Origin: Nemertoderma westbladi
Taxonomy: Eukaryota > Animalia > Xenacoelomorpha
DNA: 64,000 nucleotides
Reading direction: 5' to 3'
Assembly (NCBI GenBank): GCA_032718475.1
Contig: JAUCBJ010005043.1
Span: 1-64,000 of the forward strand
Positions 13,359 to 26,519 of this stretch are shown piece by piece (the stretch's first letter is position 1; each line of letters begins with the position of its first letter). The translations under genes were made by a program, and so were the position numbers. A model generated the notes under the pieces. The model was not told the DNA's origin, searched no databases, and saw nothing but the letters and a program-made list of their open reading frames with translations.

Positions 13359-14240
13359 ATGTCACGTCTCACGCCGGCTGGTGTTGGCGAGATTATCAGA
13401 TGCGACGAGAAAGATTCCAGGGTTGTTTTAAAACTCTCAAACTCTCTTTCGGATATCCTTTCCGTTATCCCTGGGTTAAATGATAAAATAACGACTGACA
13501 TTGTCAACATCAACAAGGTCATTCAGGAGTTTAGCCATTTCATCTATATCATGGCGACAACCTATATGGGTTGCCAAACTGTTGGAGAGGAGTATTGCAA
13601 CATGCTTTGTGTTGATCGCAGTCGCAAAAAGATTCCCTCAAAATGGCGGATCTTGGCGATGAGTTTCCTTCGAACTATCCCGGGTTATTTAATACAGTGG
13701 ATTATCTCCGATATGGAAAAACGCCTTGAAACAAACAACTTATCTTCTTATTTAATTCCACACAGGAAAAGTCTCCCAAAACTCATTCCTCTGGCTAGGA
13801 AACTCGTAATACTTTTGAGCGGAATTCATCTCGTGATGTTCTATTTACGGGGAAGATTTAAAAACTTATCGAATCGCATCACCAGAGTTAATTATATATT
13901 AATTAACAACGACTTGTTAAACACACAATTAGAAGCTGCTTACAGACTGTTGGGTTACATTGGGCTAATTACTAGTATTATATATTTCGGAGAGTTTCTT
14001 TACGAATGGAAGATAAATGAGCGTACCACGGATTCAGTATCTCTTGCGATATCCTCTAGTCGGTATCAGTGCGCCATATGTCTGGGGCCGTTAGCCGCAC
14101 CCTCCGTCGTGGCGTGCTGCAACCAGGTATTCTGTTGGGGTTGTCTCATGCAGCAACTGCAGACAAATTCATCTCGTTGTCCAATGTGTCGCGTACATTG
14201 CCATCCCAAACATGTTGTTCGATTAGTTAATTTTAATTAG
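13359..14240 (+). CDS. PEX10: Peroxisome biogenesis factor 10 (RING E3 ligase), intronless
   Basis: Pex2/Pex12 N-terminal domain with QTVGEEYC (TLGEEY motif), IHLVMFYLRG, LSNRITRVNY; C-terminal RING CAIC...FCWGC...CPMCR; 293 aa. Confidence 0.88.
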   Translation: MSRLTPAGVGEIIRCDEKDSRVVLKLSNSLSDILSVIPGLNDKITTDIVNINKVIQEFSHFIYIMATTYMGCQTVGEEYCNMLCVDRSRKKIPSKWRILAMSFLRTIPGYLIQWIISDMEKRLETNNLSSYLIPHRKSLPKLIPLARKLVILLSGIHLVMFYLRGRFKNLSNRITRVNYILINNDLLNTQLEAAYRLLGYIGLITSIIYFGEFLYEWKINERTTDSVSLAISSSRYQCAICLGPLAAPSVVACCNQVFCWGCLMQQLQTNSSRCPMCRVHCHPKHVVRLVNFN

Positions 14241-14288
14241 AAGCCTTAATTTTAACTAGACAATGGTAAATAATCTAGAGGAGCAAGT

Positions 14289-14610
14289 GAAAACGTACCC
14301 AAGTTCAAACGTACGGAACCCGTTAAAACGTACCCAAGTTAAAACGTACCCATGTTAAAACGTACCCAAGTTAAAACGTACCCATGTTAAAACGTACCCA
14401 AGTTAAAACGTACCCGTTAAAACGTACCCAAGTTGCACCATACCCAAGTTAAAACGTACCCAAGTTAAAACGTACCCAAGTTAAAACGTACCCAAGTTGA
14501 AACGTACCCAAGTTAAAGCCTACCCGTTAAAACGTACCCAAGTTAAAACGTAACCAAGTTACAACATACCTAAGTTGAAACGTACCCAAGTTAAAGCGCA
14601 CCCTGGTTAA
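14289..14610. repeat. 16-bp tandem repeat (aaaacgtacccaagtt)n, ~20 copies
   Basis: Read directly from the sequence; short 13-bp variants are interspersed. Confidence 0.93.
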
Positions 14611-14952
14611 AATACAATCTTATAATTCGGTACGTTTACGTTAACAATCCCACTTTATTGGAAAAGTTCGTATCTGTAACCTGCTTCTTTAAATTCAGTT
14701 GAGGCGTCAATATTAAGGCGTTTCAGTAAAAATCCAGTTTAATAATAAATATAATTTGATTTTAAACACATAATTTGCAGCTTTCGGAATTCTTAGTGAA
14801 AGATTTTTTTGAAAAATTATGATGTATTACATGTGTTCAACAAACCCCATGTTCGGTCACGAATTAATAGTTGATTGTCTGGAGGTATTGAACTTGACGC
14901 AAATCCCATCTCAACGAATTCATCTCGCCTCAGTGTAAAAATTATCAATTAA

Positions 14953-15020
14953 GGGAAAGGAGCTGGTTATACAGAGGTGCGTTATTCTAACCAAAACAAT
15001 AATTAAAAGTCAATAGAACA
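14953..15020 (-). repeat. Dispersed repeat; inverted diverged copy of 9450-9521
   Basis: ggaaaggagctggtta...gttattctaaccaaaacaata...aatagaaca is the reverse complement of tgttctatt...tattgttttggttagaataac...taacctgctcctttcc. Confidence 0.7.
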
Positions 15021-16733
15021 TGTCAATAAAACGTTCAAAGTGTCCCCCCACCCCCTTAGCTACCTATAAAATATAAGCTACCCACAAACGCCTCACTTAA
15101 TAAAACAACTCAAGATTTATCACCTCCAAAAACTCTATGCAACGAATTTAAGCTGTGGAATTTCGCGGAAAATTTTGGAGGCGTGAAATATTTATTTACT
15201 ACGGTTGTTTTCAATATGTATGTGGTGGCAGTAATTATTATTAACAACTAAGGGTAGAACCAGCCAGGTTAGAATGGTGAGAACAATTAGAGCTCGAGGT
15301 ACACTAAAAAACGCAACCCAAATCTGATAATAATTCAATACATAAAAATGGTTATATTACAATCACCGAATATAATAAATATTGTATGTCTATCGAACTA
15401 TCTACATAATTATGCACAAGAAGGATGATAATGATATGAGAATTACATAAAATTAAAGAAAATTAGATAAAGATACATTACAATATGCGAAAAAAATTGC
15501 CAGTGAGTGATAAAACACACATGTTTGCATTGTGATAAAAATATTTACTCATTCCAAATGTACGTTAGACCTTATAGAGTTGTATTTATGAATACAGTGA
15601 AAAGGAGAATTCATTGTGAGGCAATAAATGAGAAATTTGTACCTAGTTAAATTAACTGCACATATCAGGGTAAACATAAAAAGTGGGTTTTTTCGCGCCC
15701 TGGCCCACATCAAACTACCTATTTTTTTGTTTGAAGAATGAAAATTATCACTGCAAGAACTTGCTGAAAGTAAGAACTTACAACCTAGCAGTCAAGCACT
15801 GAATTGTAGTTAGGAGTATTTAATTATTGTAATAACATGTATGAAGTAGGTTTCTGTAGGTATGGTGTGGTGGCCAATTTGCCATACAAATCCATCTTAA
15901 AAACCCTACCGGTAAGTAATATTTACAGTAATTAAACAGATCTAATTATGAAAATGATTATGAAACATATATAAATCCCATATAAATTTTAAATTTTTGT
16001 TAACATTAATTAATATTTAAATCAAATTTTCAAAAATTGAGTAAAAAAGCAACGTAATGTAAGAAGGTTCCATCCGAATATAAATAATTATTGATTAAGA
16101 TGTAAATATTAATAACAAAATAAGTTGGGTGTAACAAAAGGGCTGAATCTAACCAAAACAATAAACTAATTTGTACACGTTATAAAATTGAAATAAAAAT
16201 TCGACTGAAAAGTGAAATTCTGCTGTGAAATGCGCCTGCTTTTCTTCACATGGGCGGTAGTTTCGGATTGCATAAAATAAAAAGTATTACAATAATGATG
16301 TGGTAAAAATATGTATGTTAAAAATTTAAAGAGTTGGTGATATTGCAAATGGGTTTCGTTTGTACAATTAGTAATACTGGCAATAATAGAGACGTTATAG
16401 TCAGCCGCCATTGGGTGACGTAAATTACTAAATGTAAGTGCGACGAAGCAAAAAAACTGGTTTTTCAACCTAAATCAAATTACAAAATTTCCAAAACGGC
16501 ACTGCTTCTGCGGGTAAACATGACAAGACAATGCATAAGTAATGTACAGCGCTATAAACAGCCTTACCTACAATTACTGCTTCTTGCTGGTGGAACCTGT
16601 ACCTCAATACCGGGAACTATTATTATTATTACAGTATTAGTAGCCATACACTGCAGCACTGAGACTGCACGAATTCGGGATATTTCAACTTTATGGAAAT
16701 ATCGCTCCGAAGACCTAATTTATATTCAGAGAT

Positions 16734-17153
16734 TTATGGCGCTTTGCTGATCTTCTCTATAACGTCTTGCGGATCGAGTTCCTCGAAATCATTGCATTGC
16801 ATTTCTACGTTGATGCCCTGCAATGGTTTCCGTAAAACTTCTTTACTCGCTGAATACGTAAGCTTGTGTTTAACTTTCGAAGCTTCGGGGGCCCAAAAAT
16901 AAAAGACCAACTTATTGCGTAAACCCCTGTCGCCTAGATCAACGTGCCAATCAAACACACCCCATCTGCAGTCGTCTACGGGTAACGCTCTGCAGAAATC
17001 TTCGTAGGTTTCGCTTGGATTTCCGTATTTATCGATCACTATCGTATCGAACGCGTCGTTAATTCGAAACAACATATACTTGTAGGTGCTTTTGAGTTTC
17101 ATTTTATTAAATTCCTCGATAATATTCGAAGCCATTTGCATTCCAGACGACAT
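16734..17153 (-). CDS. Actin-depolymerising factor / cofilin, intronless
   Basis: MSSG N-terminus, YKYMLFRI, DDCRWGVFD, KLVFYFWAPEASKVKHKLTYSASK, MQCNDFEEL; 139 aa ADF-H fold. Confidence 0.95.
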   Translation of the reverse strand: MSSGMQMASNIIEEFNKMKLKSTYKYMLFRINDAFDTIVIDKYGNPSETYEDFCRALPVDDCRWGVFDWHVDLGDRGLRNKLVFYFWAPEASKVKHKLTYSASKEVLRKPLQGINVEMQCNDFEELDPQDVIEKISKAP

Positions 17154-17799
17154 GTTTCAGTATTTGTGGGATTCCAGCTTCTAAGACAAGCGGTAGCCGC
17201 CTAGCCGGAACCGGTAAACACTCCACTGTACAGCTGTAGGCCTACTGCTACTGCTGTACTGTATTTCAGTATTTATTTGGAAACAGGAAATCTGGAAATT
17301 GCAAACTAGACGCTTGTAGCCAGCCCTTTACAGCCTTGCCTTAGTCATTAGTCTTTGTCTTGTTTTGAGTCAGCAATCATCAGACAGTTAATTTAAACAA
17401 ACTGTTACTGCAGTTTATATTGGCTGTAGTTTAGTTCTTACGATACAGTAGTTGTTTTAAGTGATTAAAAAAAGTACACCTTGGTATTACTTGCTCATAA
17501 ATACTTATTAAAGTTGTGTTGATTACCGATATGTAATTCGAAGGGCGCTGTAACACTACAAGTACAATGTCTTGAAATTCATTAGGAGTTTGCTCCGTTT
17601 ACATACTATATGTACTTCTTTCATGCCCAAAAGTGCCTTTTTACGCCAATGGCTATTTTTCTCTATCATTTATGACTGTATGACGTGTTAAATTTTTGTC
17701 GAAATTTTGGACTATAAGTTCAGAAGACCCCTGCATTCCAATGCAAAAAAAAGGACTGGGCCCAGTTTAGAACAAAAAGGCACACTTAATGGCTATTTC

Positions 17800-19036
17800 A
17801 TTTTTCCTTTAATGACTCATTCAATGTCTCCAATGGTGTCCGACAGGGATCTGTCGCCAGCCCTGTTTTGTTTTGTCTAGTTATGAATGTGTTGGTCCAT
17901 TCCCTGAGGTCATCTCGAATTGGTTGCACAATAGGGTCGTTCTACTACGGAATCTTTGTATACGCCGACGACATCCTTCTTTTATGTCCATCAATTTCCG
18001 GTTTGCAGTACATGGTTGACATCTGCCATAGATTTGCGTCCGACAATAAGTTAAAAAAAAATCAGCACTAATCCCATTCCGACAAAATCGAAATCGAAAT
18101 GCGTTCCGTTTGCCTCAGCATGGTCTGAGCCGGCAGCTAAAATATCCCTCAATGGATCGCCATTACCCTGGGTAAAAGAGGCGCTCCATTTGGGAAACCT
18201 ATTAGATTACAAATGTAATTTGGTGTCAGATACAATTAGGAAGCGGGGACAATTTATTGGTAAAATTAACAGTTTGCGTCAGGAATTTGATTTTGCGGAC
18301 CCTTAGGATATATTTGAAATTCAACGCATTTATGCGACTGCGTTTTACAGTAGTAGTATATTGGATTTATTTTCGGATATGTGTAATATAATTTTTACAG
18401 CTTGGAACATCAATGTTAGGCTTATTTTTGGTTTACCCTTTAATTCACATCGTTATTTAGTTGATAATCAATTAAAATTTAGGCATCCTATGATAATGTT
18501 ACTATCTCGTTATTTTCAGTTTATTAGTAACTTGTTTAAATCCTGTAAATCTAGTTTACTTTTCTTAACTGAGTTATGTTATTCAGACTGTTAAACAGGT
18601 ACAGGTTCTAATTTAAGGAACATAGCTAATTCTTGTGGTATCTCGTGCTTAAATAATCTTTCACCCAGTATAATAAACGCTCAAAGTTACGCACCGTTAT
18701 TACCTGGTAATAAATGGAAACTCGATTTTTGTAGGGAACTTATAGATATTCGAATTGGTAAATTGGAAGTTGATTATTTAGATACGGATGAGCTGTCAGA
18801 CATTTTGAAATATATATCTACCAGTTAAAAGTTAAAAGTGCTATAAAATTAATATCTATATAATTTCATATTTACTTAGTACTTTCCTGTTATATACAGT
18901 TTACGGTTAATTAATACTTTACCAGTCGTACCTTATATCTTATCCTCCTTACCTTACCTTTATTACTTGTGTTTATTCTATACTATAATTTGTCTTACTT
19001 ATCTTCTGATAACGTATGATAATAATAATAATAATA
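17800..19036 (+). mobile_element. 5'-truncated, decayed non-LTR retrotransposon (RT C-terminal half, RTE-X-like) with (AAT)n tail
   Basis: NGVRQGSVASPVLF, GIFVYADDILLL, GLQYMVDIC and AWNINVRLIFGLP in broken frames; AAT repeats at 19019-19035. Confidence 0.85.
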
Positions 19037-19818
19037 TTTTTGGCCCTTTTTGATCTAAAAAGGCTCCTGGGTATTTTTTGCAATATTTGTTCAGAAGATT
19101 TATTGACAAAGGTATTCTGAACAAGTGATCCAAATCTCAACCCTGTTCAGTAAAAATTCGCGGAGAAACTGTTTTTTTCAGGAAAAAAAGGTCATTCCTT
19201 CATAAAGTATTTATTTAACCTTTCCGCTATTTTCAGACATTGTTTCCATTTGTCTTTTGTTCAACAATAATTTTGTCACAAATAAATTAAATTCAACGAA
19301 AAATATCGTGAGACACACTGCTCGAAGGCTTGTCAAAACGCTCTTACGTTTTGGCTAATACATAACTCGAGTTTTAGTAAAGATTTTGAAAGATTTGCAA
19401 AGGCTCAGAGTCTGCATTAAATTGGCACATGATACAGGATTACCTTTTTTGACAAATTCCGAAATGGGGGGGGGGTCCCTCCTATCCCCGCCCCTTTAAA
19501 AATAATCTTGATAGACAGAGCAAGTATTCGGTCACTCTCTGTATCTGTATTTATCAATTGCTGTGGATTTCTTATTTTACCATAACAGTGACGCCAACCT
19601 CGCCTCGCCCCATACACTATCCTTAATTCCAAACATTCGACATCTGTCATTGTATTCAATGTATTGTAACAATGATAACCCATAAAACCCTAAAGGGAAC
19701 CTCAACCAACGCGCACGCGTCAAAAGCAATAAGAATAGAGGGGGAGTGGGATCTTATTCCTTATCCTTATCTACAGTATTTACTGTAATATTACAGTAAC
19801 TCAACCTAGCATTCCAGC

Positions 19819-20878
19819 CAAGGTGTTCTAAATAACAGGTCATGCAGCGAGCGGATTGCTGAAATTAGCGGAGGCCGATCTTTTCCCTATTTATGGCTCT
19901 ATTTTCATTAATTTTCAGTAGGAACTTATTTTATGCTACTTTTCTTAGGTGGATATGATGACTAGGGAGGGTTCATAGAAATGTAATCAAGTGTCTTTCT
20001 GGAATTTTTATATTGTTGTTATCAAGGTAACCGTGTACAAAGTTCAATCTTTGCGTGTCTGTAATTCAAGACGATGGGGGATTCTGTTCTTGAGATTTGG
20101 CAGGTGAGTAAAGGAAATAAAAGTCTTATCAAAATATTTGAAAGATATATTTTTTTCAATCCCGTTTCCATGGTAATGGGTGTAACGATAATTTTACATT
20201 ATGACCGCCAGGTAGAAATTGGGCTACTATTTTCTATTTATATCATTTGCAACTGACGTCCCTGGGACCTGTTCTTTTTTTCTAATAATTGCTAACCAAA
20301 ATTTAATATTCTGGAATCTTAAAATCATGCTATCACAGGTCTTGCCCTCTAATTGGACAGTTTTGTTTGTTGGCACTTTATGACCCTTACAATTAAGATT
20401 CACAATTGACGATTGATAAAATGTAATGTTGGTATTTTTAACTTAATATTAAGACTGACAAACCGAATAAAAATGGTGTTTTATAGAATTGGTTGACAAT
20501 TATTCAAATTGTTCATTATACATATTACCATGGCAACGGGATTGAAAAAATATTTAAATATAGAATATTTTGATAAACTTTTATTCCCATTACTCACCTG
20601 CCAAATCTCAAGAACAGAATCCCTCGTCGTCTTGAATTACAGACGGGCAAAGTTTGAACTTTGTACCCGGTTACCTTGACAACAACAATATAACAATTCC
20701 AGAAACACATTTTATTACATTGCTATGAATCCTAGTCCTCATATCCACCTAAGAAAAGTAGCACATAAGAAGTTTCTAAGGAAATATTATGAAAATAGAG
20801 CCATAAATAGGGAAAAGATCGGCCTCCGCTAATTTCAGCAATCCGCTCGCTGCATGACCTGTTATTTAGTACACCTTG
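19819..20878. mobile_element. Non-autonomous foldback/MITE DNA transposon with ~360-bp TIRs (P or hAT superfamily)
   Basis: Termini CAAGGTGT...ACACCTTG; perfect 8-bp TSD ATTCCAGC (19811-19818, 20879-20886); 19819 to ~20180 is inverted at ~20524-20878. Confidence 0.93.
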
Positions 20879-23082
20879 ATTCCAGCGCACAAAGTCCACT
20901 GCAGACTGCACTGTACTAACTGTAGGCCTACTGTAGTTTATACTGTATAATACACAATAATTTTCATTATTATTTTGCTCAGTATAATTAATTGTACAGT
21001 TACTGTATATTAATACTGTACATACAGTAGGTTATTACTATTCGATATTGGCTTTAACGCGTCCGCATGGGTTTGGGCTCCCCCTATTGGCACAGAGACG
21101 TGGACATAACCAGTACTTCTGGAAAATCAATAAATCTCGCTTTTTATTCTCTACAAGATGAAAAATATACTCCATATTATTATTTTTATATCCTGTGCGA
21201 TTTAATTAAGGATAAGGATATAAATGAATGAAGGTTATAAATTGATTTGTACTCACTTGGATTTTGGAGACACAGTCTAAAAGTACTGTACCCTTATCAT
21301 GCATTCCAATATATTTAATTTCAACATTCAACAAACAGATTTAAAATAATTATTTAGCGTTGCTGGTATCATTAATAAAATACATGAAGATAATTACTTC
21401 CATTCTCCATCATTCACTAGAAATATAGTCTAGGTCTTGGTCGTTGGTATACTGTATATGATAAAAAATTATTGTGATAGCCGTTGGTCTTTACTGTACT
21501 GTAGTTACATACAGTACGTCACTGTTATGTCCTCAGTGGGGGTTACTGTAGGCCTACAGTATGCCTAAAGCTTAATAGGCCATTGATTATCCTAGATAAT
21601 CAAGTTCGTATCCGCTTATACAGTATTTATTTACCATTATACAGTACTTTCTTCGCCAATTTCCTGTTTCATACTGTATGATGGTATGTTATTACATTTA
21701 CGTTACTTACTGCAGCAGGAAGATATAATTGTCACCAATTATGGAAAATTATGACTCGTACTCCTGTTGGGAAAATTATTCTTAGGACTACTGTGGGCGA
21801 AATGAGTAGGCCTAAAATGTTTTAGTGGGTTTTGCAGTAGGCCCCTACTATAACAAAATAACTAGTGGTGAAAGTCTATTAAGATTATATATAAGACTAG
21901 TCTATAGACTAGTCTTATTAAATTAATATTCGCCCATGTGAAAAATATCAGGTTCTCACTCCTTTTCCTTCCTTCCAGTGGTTGTTTTCTAAATTGCATT
22001 AGAGAAATTTATAAATTAAAATCGCTTTCTATTGCAAATCAATTTCTAAAACTAAAAATTGAAAATAGCAAGTTTAAAAATTTGAAATTCAAACATACAT
22101 AAAATTCAAAATTTAGTATTACCAACACCCTTAAAATTCTAAAATGTTAGGGCATACTACAGCTTCATTCCATCGCTGTAACAATAAATACGAAATACAC
22201 TCATTTTTGGGTGGTGTTACACAACAACTGATATTTAAATAGCAATAATTTTATACAAAAATTAAGAAATAAAGAAGCAAACGCTGTACACAGCAGTACC
22301 GGTACCTAATGCATTGCCTACAATTTTCACTTTTCAAAATTGACCCTTTTAATTCGTTTTTGGGCACATTTTTTGTTTGATAAACAAAATTGAGATTTCC
22401 ATCCAAACTAAAGGAATCCTAAAAAAAGTAACAACATAATTTTGGAAAGCGGCCATAGTATAATTCGAATTGTTCACTGATGGCTCTCAGTTTTCCAGCC
22501 CACATAACCTCATTGCACGCACACCCACGTAGGAGGGTAACCTGGCAACTATTCCAAACAATAATAATCATTTAGAGTTTGGTTAGGCATACTGGGCATT
22601 ACAGCATTATGCAGTACAGCAGTACCGGTATTCTTATGCAACCTTATCGATAACACTGTCTGATTAATATCTTTCTTAATATTATTATTATCTTATTTAT
22701 ATTATTTCTAATTATTAGGTTAAAATAATAAGGTAGAGTTAGGTATTACCGTACCAAATACTGTACCGGTACTTTTTATTTTACCGGTAGGCCTATGCTA
22801 TGCACAATCACGATGCAAAATTGACTTATTGTTATAAAATTAATATTTTAATAATCAACAATTAATATTTTGTACCGGGACGGTAGTTAATTTGGAACTT
22901 TTAAAATACAAATATATGTGTTGAGCTCTGATTATTTTATATTCATTTATTTATTATTTATAATTCGTAAAACTAATTCACAAAAAATAATCTAAAAACT
23001 TTGACTTAACAGAATTGCATTCGTAGCGACTCCTATCGCGAGACTGACTTTATTGGTTCTTGCTCCGGTTTTGTTAATCGCA

Positions 23083-23799
23083 ATGCCTCATTTAAAGCAA
23101 ACTGAACACGTCGAGCCGCTGTGGAAAGAATGGGACAGAAAGGCCAACAAAGCGGGACTCCACCACAGCGTCTACTGGGCAAACGGAAACCAGTACATCG
23201 GCGACTGGAAATCGAACCTGAAACACGGCAAGGGAACTCAGAAGTGGACGGACGGGACGATGTACGATGGGGACTGGATGACGGGGCAACGCTCGGGATT
23301 CGGAACGTTGAGTGTTCGCGATCGGTCGGGGGGATACGAGCGAGTGTACACGGGCGGGTGGAAACGGGATAGACGCCACGGATTCGGTACCCTGTTTTAC
23401 GAGTCTCCGGGTGAGTACTACGAGGGTGAGTGGTACCAAGGGAAGCGGTCCGGCTGGGGGAGAATGTACTACCGAGACGATAGTTTATACGAGGGGGAAT
23501 GGAAGAACGATGAGCGTAACGGACAGGGAATGTTGAGACTCTCAAACGACAACCGGTATGAAGGAAGTTTTCGTAACGATGTTAAACACGGCGAAGGTCG
23601 TTTCTTTTTCCTCGATAAAGGCCAGTTGATGGACGGGTTCTGGGTGGAGGGCATTCCCAAATGTTCTACGATTGTCGACTTTAATAGAGACGCCGCCACC
23701 GAACCGACTAAATACCCTTTACCCGAAGTAACATTGGAACAGCCTCAGTTCGTTTTACAAGAAGCTAAAGAATTTCACATGAGTAACACATTAGACTAA
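23083..23799 (+). CDS. MORN3: MORN repeat-containing protein 3, intronless
   Basis: Seven YxGxW/F...GxG MORN repeats; N-terminal PLWKEWDRKANKAG and C-terminal PTKYPLP typical of MORN3; first ATG at 23083. Confidence 0.88.
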   Translation: MPHLKQTEHVEPLWKEWDRKANKAGLHHSVYWANGNQYIGDWKSNLKHGKGTQKWTDGTMYDGDWMTGQRSGFGTLSVRDRSGGYERVYTGGWKRDRRHGFGTLFYESPGEYYEGEWYQGKRSGWGRMYYRDDSLYEGEWKNDERNGQGMLRLSNDNRYEGSFRNDVKHGEGRFFFLDKGQLMDGFWVEGIPKCSTIVDFNRDAATEPTKYPLPEVTLEQPQFVLQEAKEFHMSNTLD

Positions 23800-25029
23800 A
23801 TTTTATTATTGTTTCCTTTTTGTCACGTATTTATTGTTAATTTAATTTTTACGAAGTTATTAAAACACAATTTTTATAACCAGTTTCTTTCTGCCTCGAT
23901 TAATATGGAGCTTTTCTTGAGCTTTTAAAGGAAATCTACGGTGTTAATAAAACACAACAGAATGTTCCAAAGTTACATTAATCCGAATCCAAATTCCCGT
24001 AAAACATTTTCGACCACCACCGATTTAAACCTACAACCAATGGACATTAGGACATACTAGAATTCATTATGTACCACCTTGCCTTTGTGTAGCGGTTGCA
24101 TTGAATTCACGCATTTCATTGCATTAATATAAGTCAATCAGTAAGGCCCGGGTCACACATAAGCTTTCAACTTTCAAATAACTAAGTCCCGGTTCACACA
24201 TAAACATTAAACTTTCAGCTCATAAAAATTATAGTATATATTGCTTAGACCAGATATAAAGGGTTGAACAATTTTCAGTTGGCAGTTATTGTTACCCCGC
24301 TTTGGAATAAGAAAAGATAAGGATCTGAACCAATGCATCGAGAATGAAAACGCGTGGCATGGCTGTAAAATCTGTACCCTCATCATCACCTCTCTCGTAT
24401 GGCAAACACTCTGCACACCATCAATCCTATATGGTGTATCTAGCGTACACAACCAGACAATCACAGACGGTCTTGCGTAAACATAGGGTAGGCATTGAGA
24501 TCCCTTCTTTACTCGGGTAATGTTCTATTCACTTTTTTTAATTGACACGACTTTGAGACTTAGGTGACTCATTCGAAATGCCACAGCATCTATGCGGCCT
24601 TCAACTGTACTAATAATAAAATCACTTATTTTTTCACCTATCTCTTGGAGAAGAATATGGTTGGTTTAGAACTAGATGACCATGACCTCTATAATGAGTA
24701 CTCCATCGGGGCTTGGAAACTGGGACTACCCATCCTGGCTGGATTGTTTACACACCAGTACAGAATAAAGCATGTCCTTCGGAGTAAAAACGGTTTGGAA
24801 TTATCATTTCATGATGAATTCTCATATTGCTATCTGCAACAATCTCGACCAACACATCTCTCATAAAAAGAGTGTTGTACTGGATTACTACAGCCAAAGA
24901 TGGTCATCTTCATGATGTTAGACAAAATATTTTTTGACAAACTACACCCAATCACCTCTCTTGTATATATTTACTTCTTTGGTGTATAACCATCAGAAAG
25001 AAGTGTGGGGCGAGCCACGTTAAGTCCAG

Positions 25030-25535
25030 GTGAACCTTAGCGTTTAGCGTAGGCGTATAATTAGTGGACCCGTCTGTCGTCCTGTCTTCGTCGACGTCGT
25101 AAATGTTTCAACGCTAGTAAGTCGGTCAATCATGGATGAAATGGAACCAAACTTGGTACACATGTAGTCTACCAAAAGTTTCGAAATTTTGCAGAGAGAT
25201 AGACCTATGTAGTTCATCTGTCTGCTTCTATGGGGTGAATTGACAGAAACGTAAAAGTAGCTGTAATTATAGAACCAACCATCAGATTCATCTGAAATTT
25301 GGAAGGAGTGACCTACTGGCATTGCTTAATTAATTAAATAAATTGGAGATGAGCTGTTGCAGCTGAGCTGAGCTGAGCTTAATTACATCATTGCTTAATT
25401 ATACATTCTACACACAGACAGACTTTTACAGTTTATCTGTCAACCGCTAGGAGGCGAATGACTAGGTCCACTAATTGTACCTCCACGCAAAAGGCTCCTC
25501 TGGCCTTACGTGCTGCGCGAAGTCCCCACGTACGT
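25030..25535 (+). mobile_element. Possible non-autonomous Helitron/Helentron-type fragment
   Basis: ctgtc-type microsatellite remnant, accaaacttggtacac core and ccgctaggaggcg motif, similar in style to the Helitron at 43849. Ends are not resolved. Confidence 0.3.
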
Positions 25536-25541
25536 GTATAT

Positions 25542-26160
25542 TGTAATAGACTGGCCCTTCCTAGGCCCAATCATCTAGGTCGTCATATAGATATATTAGC
25601 TGGATGGACTGCCTGCAATGGACTATATGCGCGCGCATGGCTTATTATTACAGTCTATTATACATACTAGCCAGTTACTACTAGGATCGGCATGCTGCAT
25701 TGCAGCTGCATTTTTAAGAATGCTGTGCCGGCTTATCGACAAAATTGCACCGCCACAACTCCCTATCACCCATGACATTTGCTAGATCATCCGCATCTTC
25801 AAGGCCAGTGTCCTTTAAGATGAGTCTCAAGAAAGTCATGGGCTGTCCACCATGCTTATTCACTCCATGAGGCTGCCAAAGTACAAGATTATGCACTGGC
25901 TGGTCCTCACGGCGGAGGCAATGTCCTGCACTAGCCAGTTAGTGACTAGGTATGAATCATCAGGGACTACGCCCTGACACTGACTTAGGAGTATTCAGTC
26001 TACCGGTACTCATCAGCTTATGCAGTTATTATGGCTGCTGTGTATTATCTGCTATGCTGCTTTATATGTAATACATATATGAACTAGATTAGTTCCCCTT
26101 ATGTTTTTACATGATTGACACTATCTCTTTGTGTTTGTAGTGGTCTCCAACAGCACTACA
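25542..26160 (+). repeat. 5' LTR (interrupted by a LINE fragment)
   Basis: tgtaatagactggcccttcctaggccca...ccaacagcactaca matches 57021-57344. Confidence 0.95.
25678..25929 (-). mobile_element. 5'-truncated RTE-like LINE (252 bp) inserted in the 5' LTR
   Basis: Absent from the 3' LTR; 12-bp TSD ACTAGCCAGTTA (25666-25677, 25930-25941); minus frame reads (A)GHCLRREDQPVHNLVLWQPHG...GDRELWR, an RTE ORF2 C-terminal pattern. Confidence 0.85.
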
Positions 26161-26276
26161 TGGCGCATATTATACGTTCTTCTATGAACATTGAACCTAT
26201 TTAGGTCTACTGCAGTACAGCATTGGCCACACCTGGACTTTCTACATCCAGCCGGACTGGTATTCTTAGACCAATC

Positions 26277-26519
26277 ATGGCCAGTGGTACACGGGGAAAC
26301 AAACGTGACTCCTCTCCTGTAGAGTCAGATGATGCGCTCCAGCCTGGCGGTGTTGACGGACCCACTCCCGTTCCTGCCATCCCACCACATCATCCGGACC
26401 ATCCACCCCGTCGCAGAGTCATTGATGTATCTGATGTGGAGAAAATCGACAATGACATCGATTTCCAAGCATTCCGTAAGTGGCGGGAGGCATGGGGTGT
26501 CCACGCCCAACGCCACCAA
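26277..26519 (+). pseudogene. gag: Gypsy gag, N-terminal part (split by the Maverick)
   Basis: DIDFQAFRKWREAWGVHAQRHQ rejoins in frame with VELYPQKDQVYAL (54557 onward) when the Maverick and one TSD copy are removed. Confidence 0.8.

Noticed and set aside
24207-24960. Possible coding remnant
   Set aside because: No recognisable motif in any frame; stops throughout.
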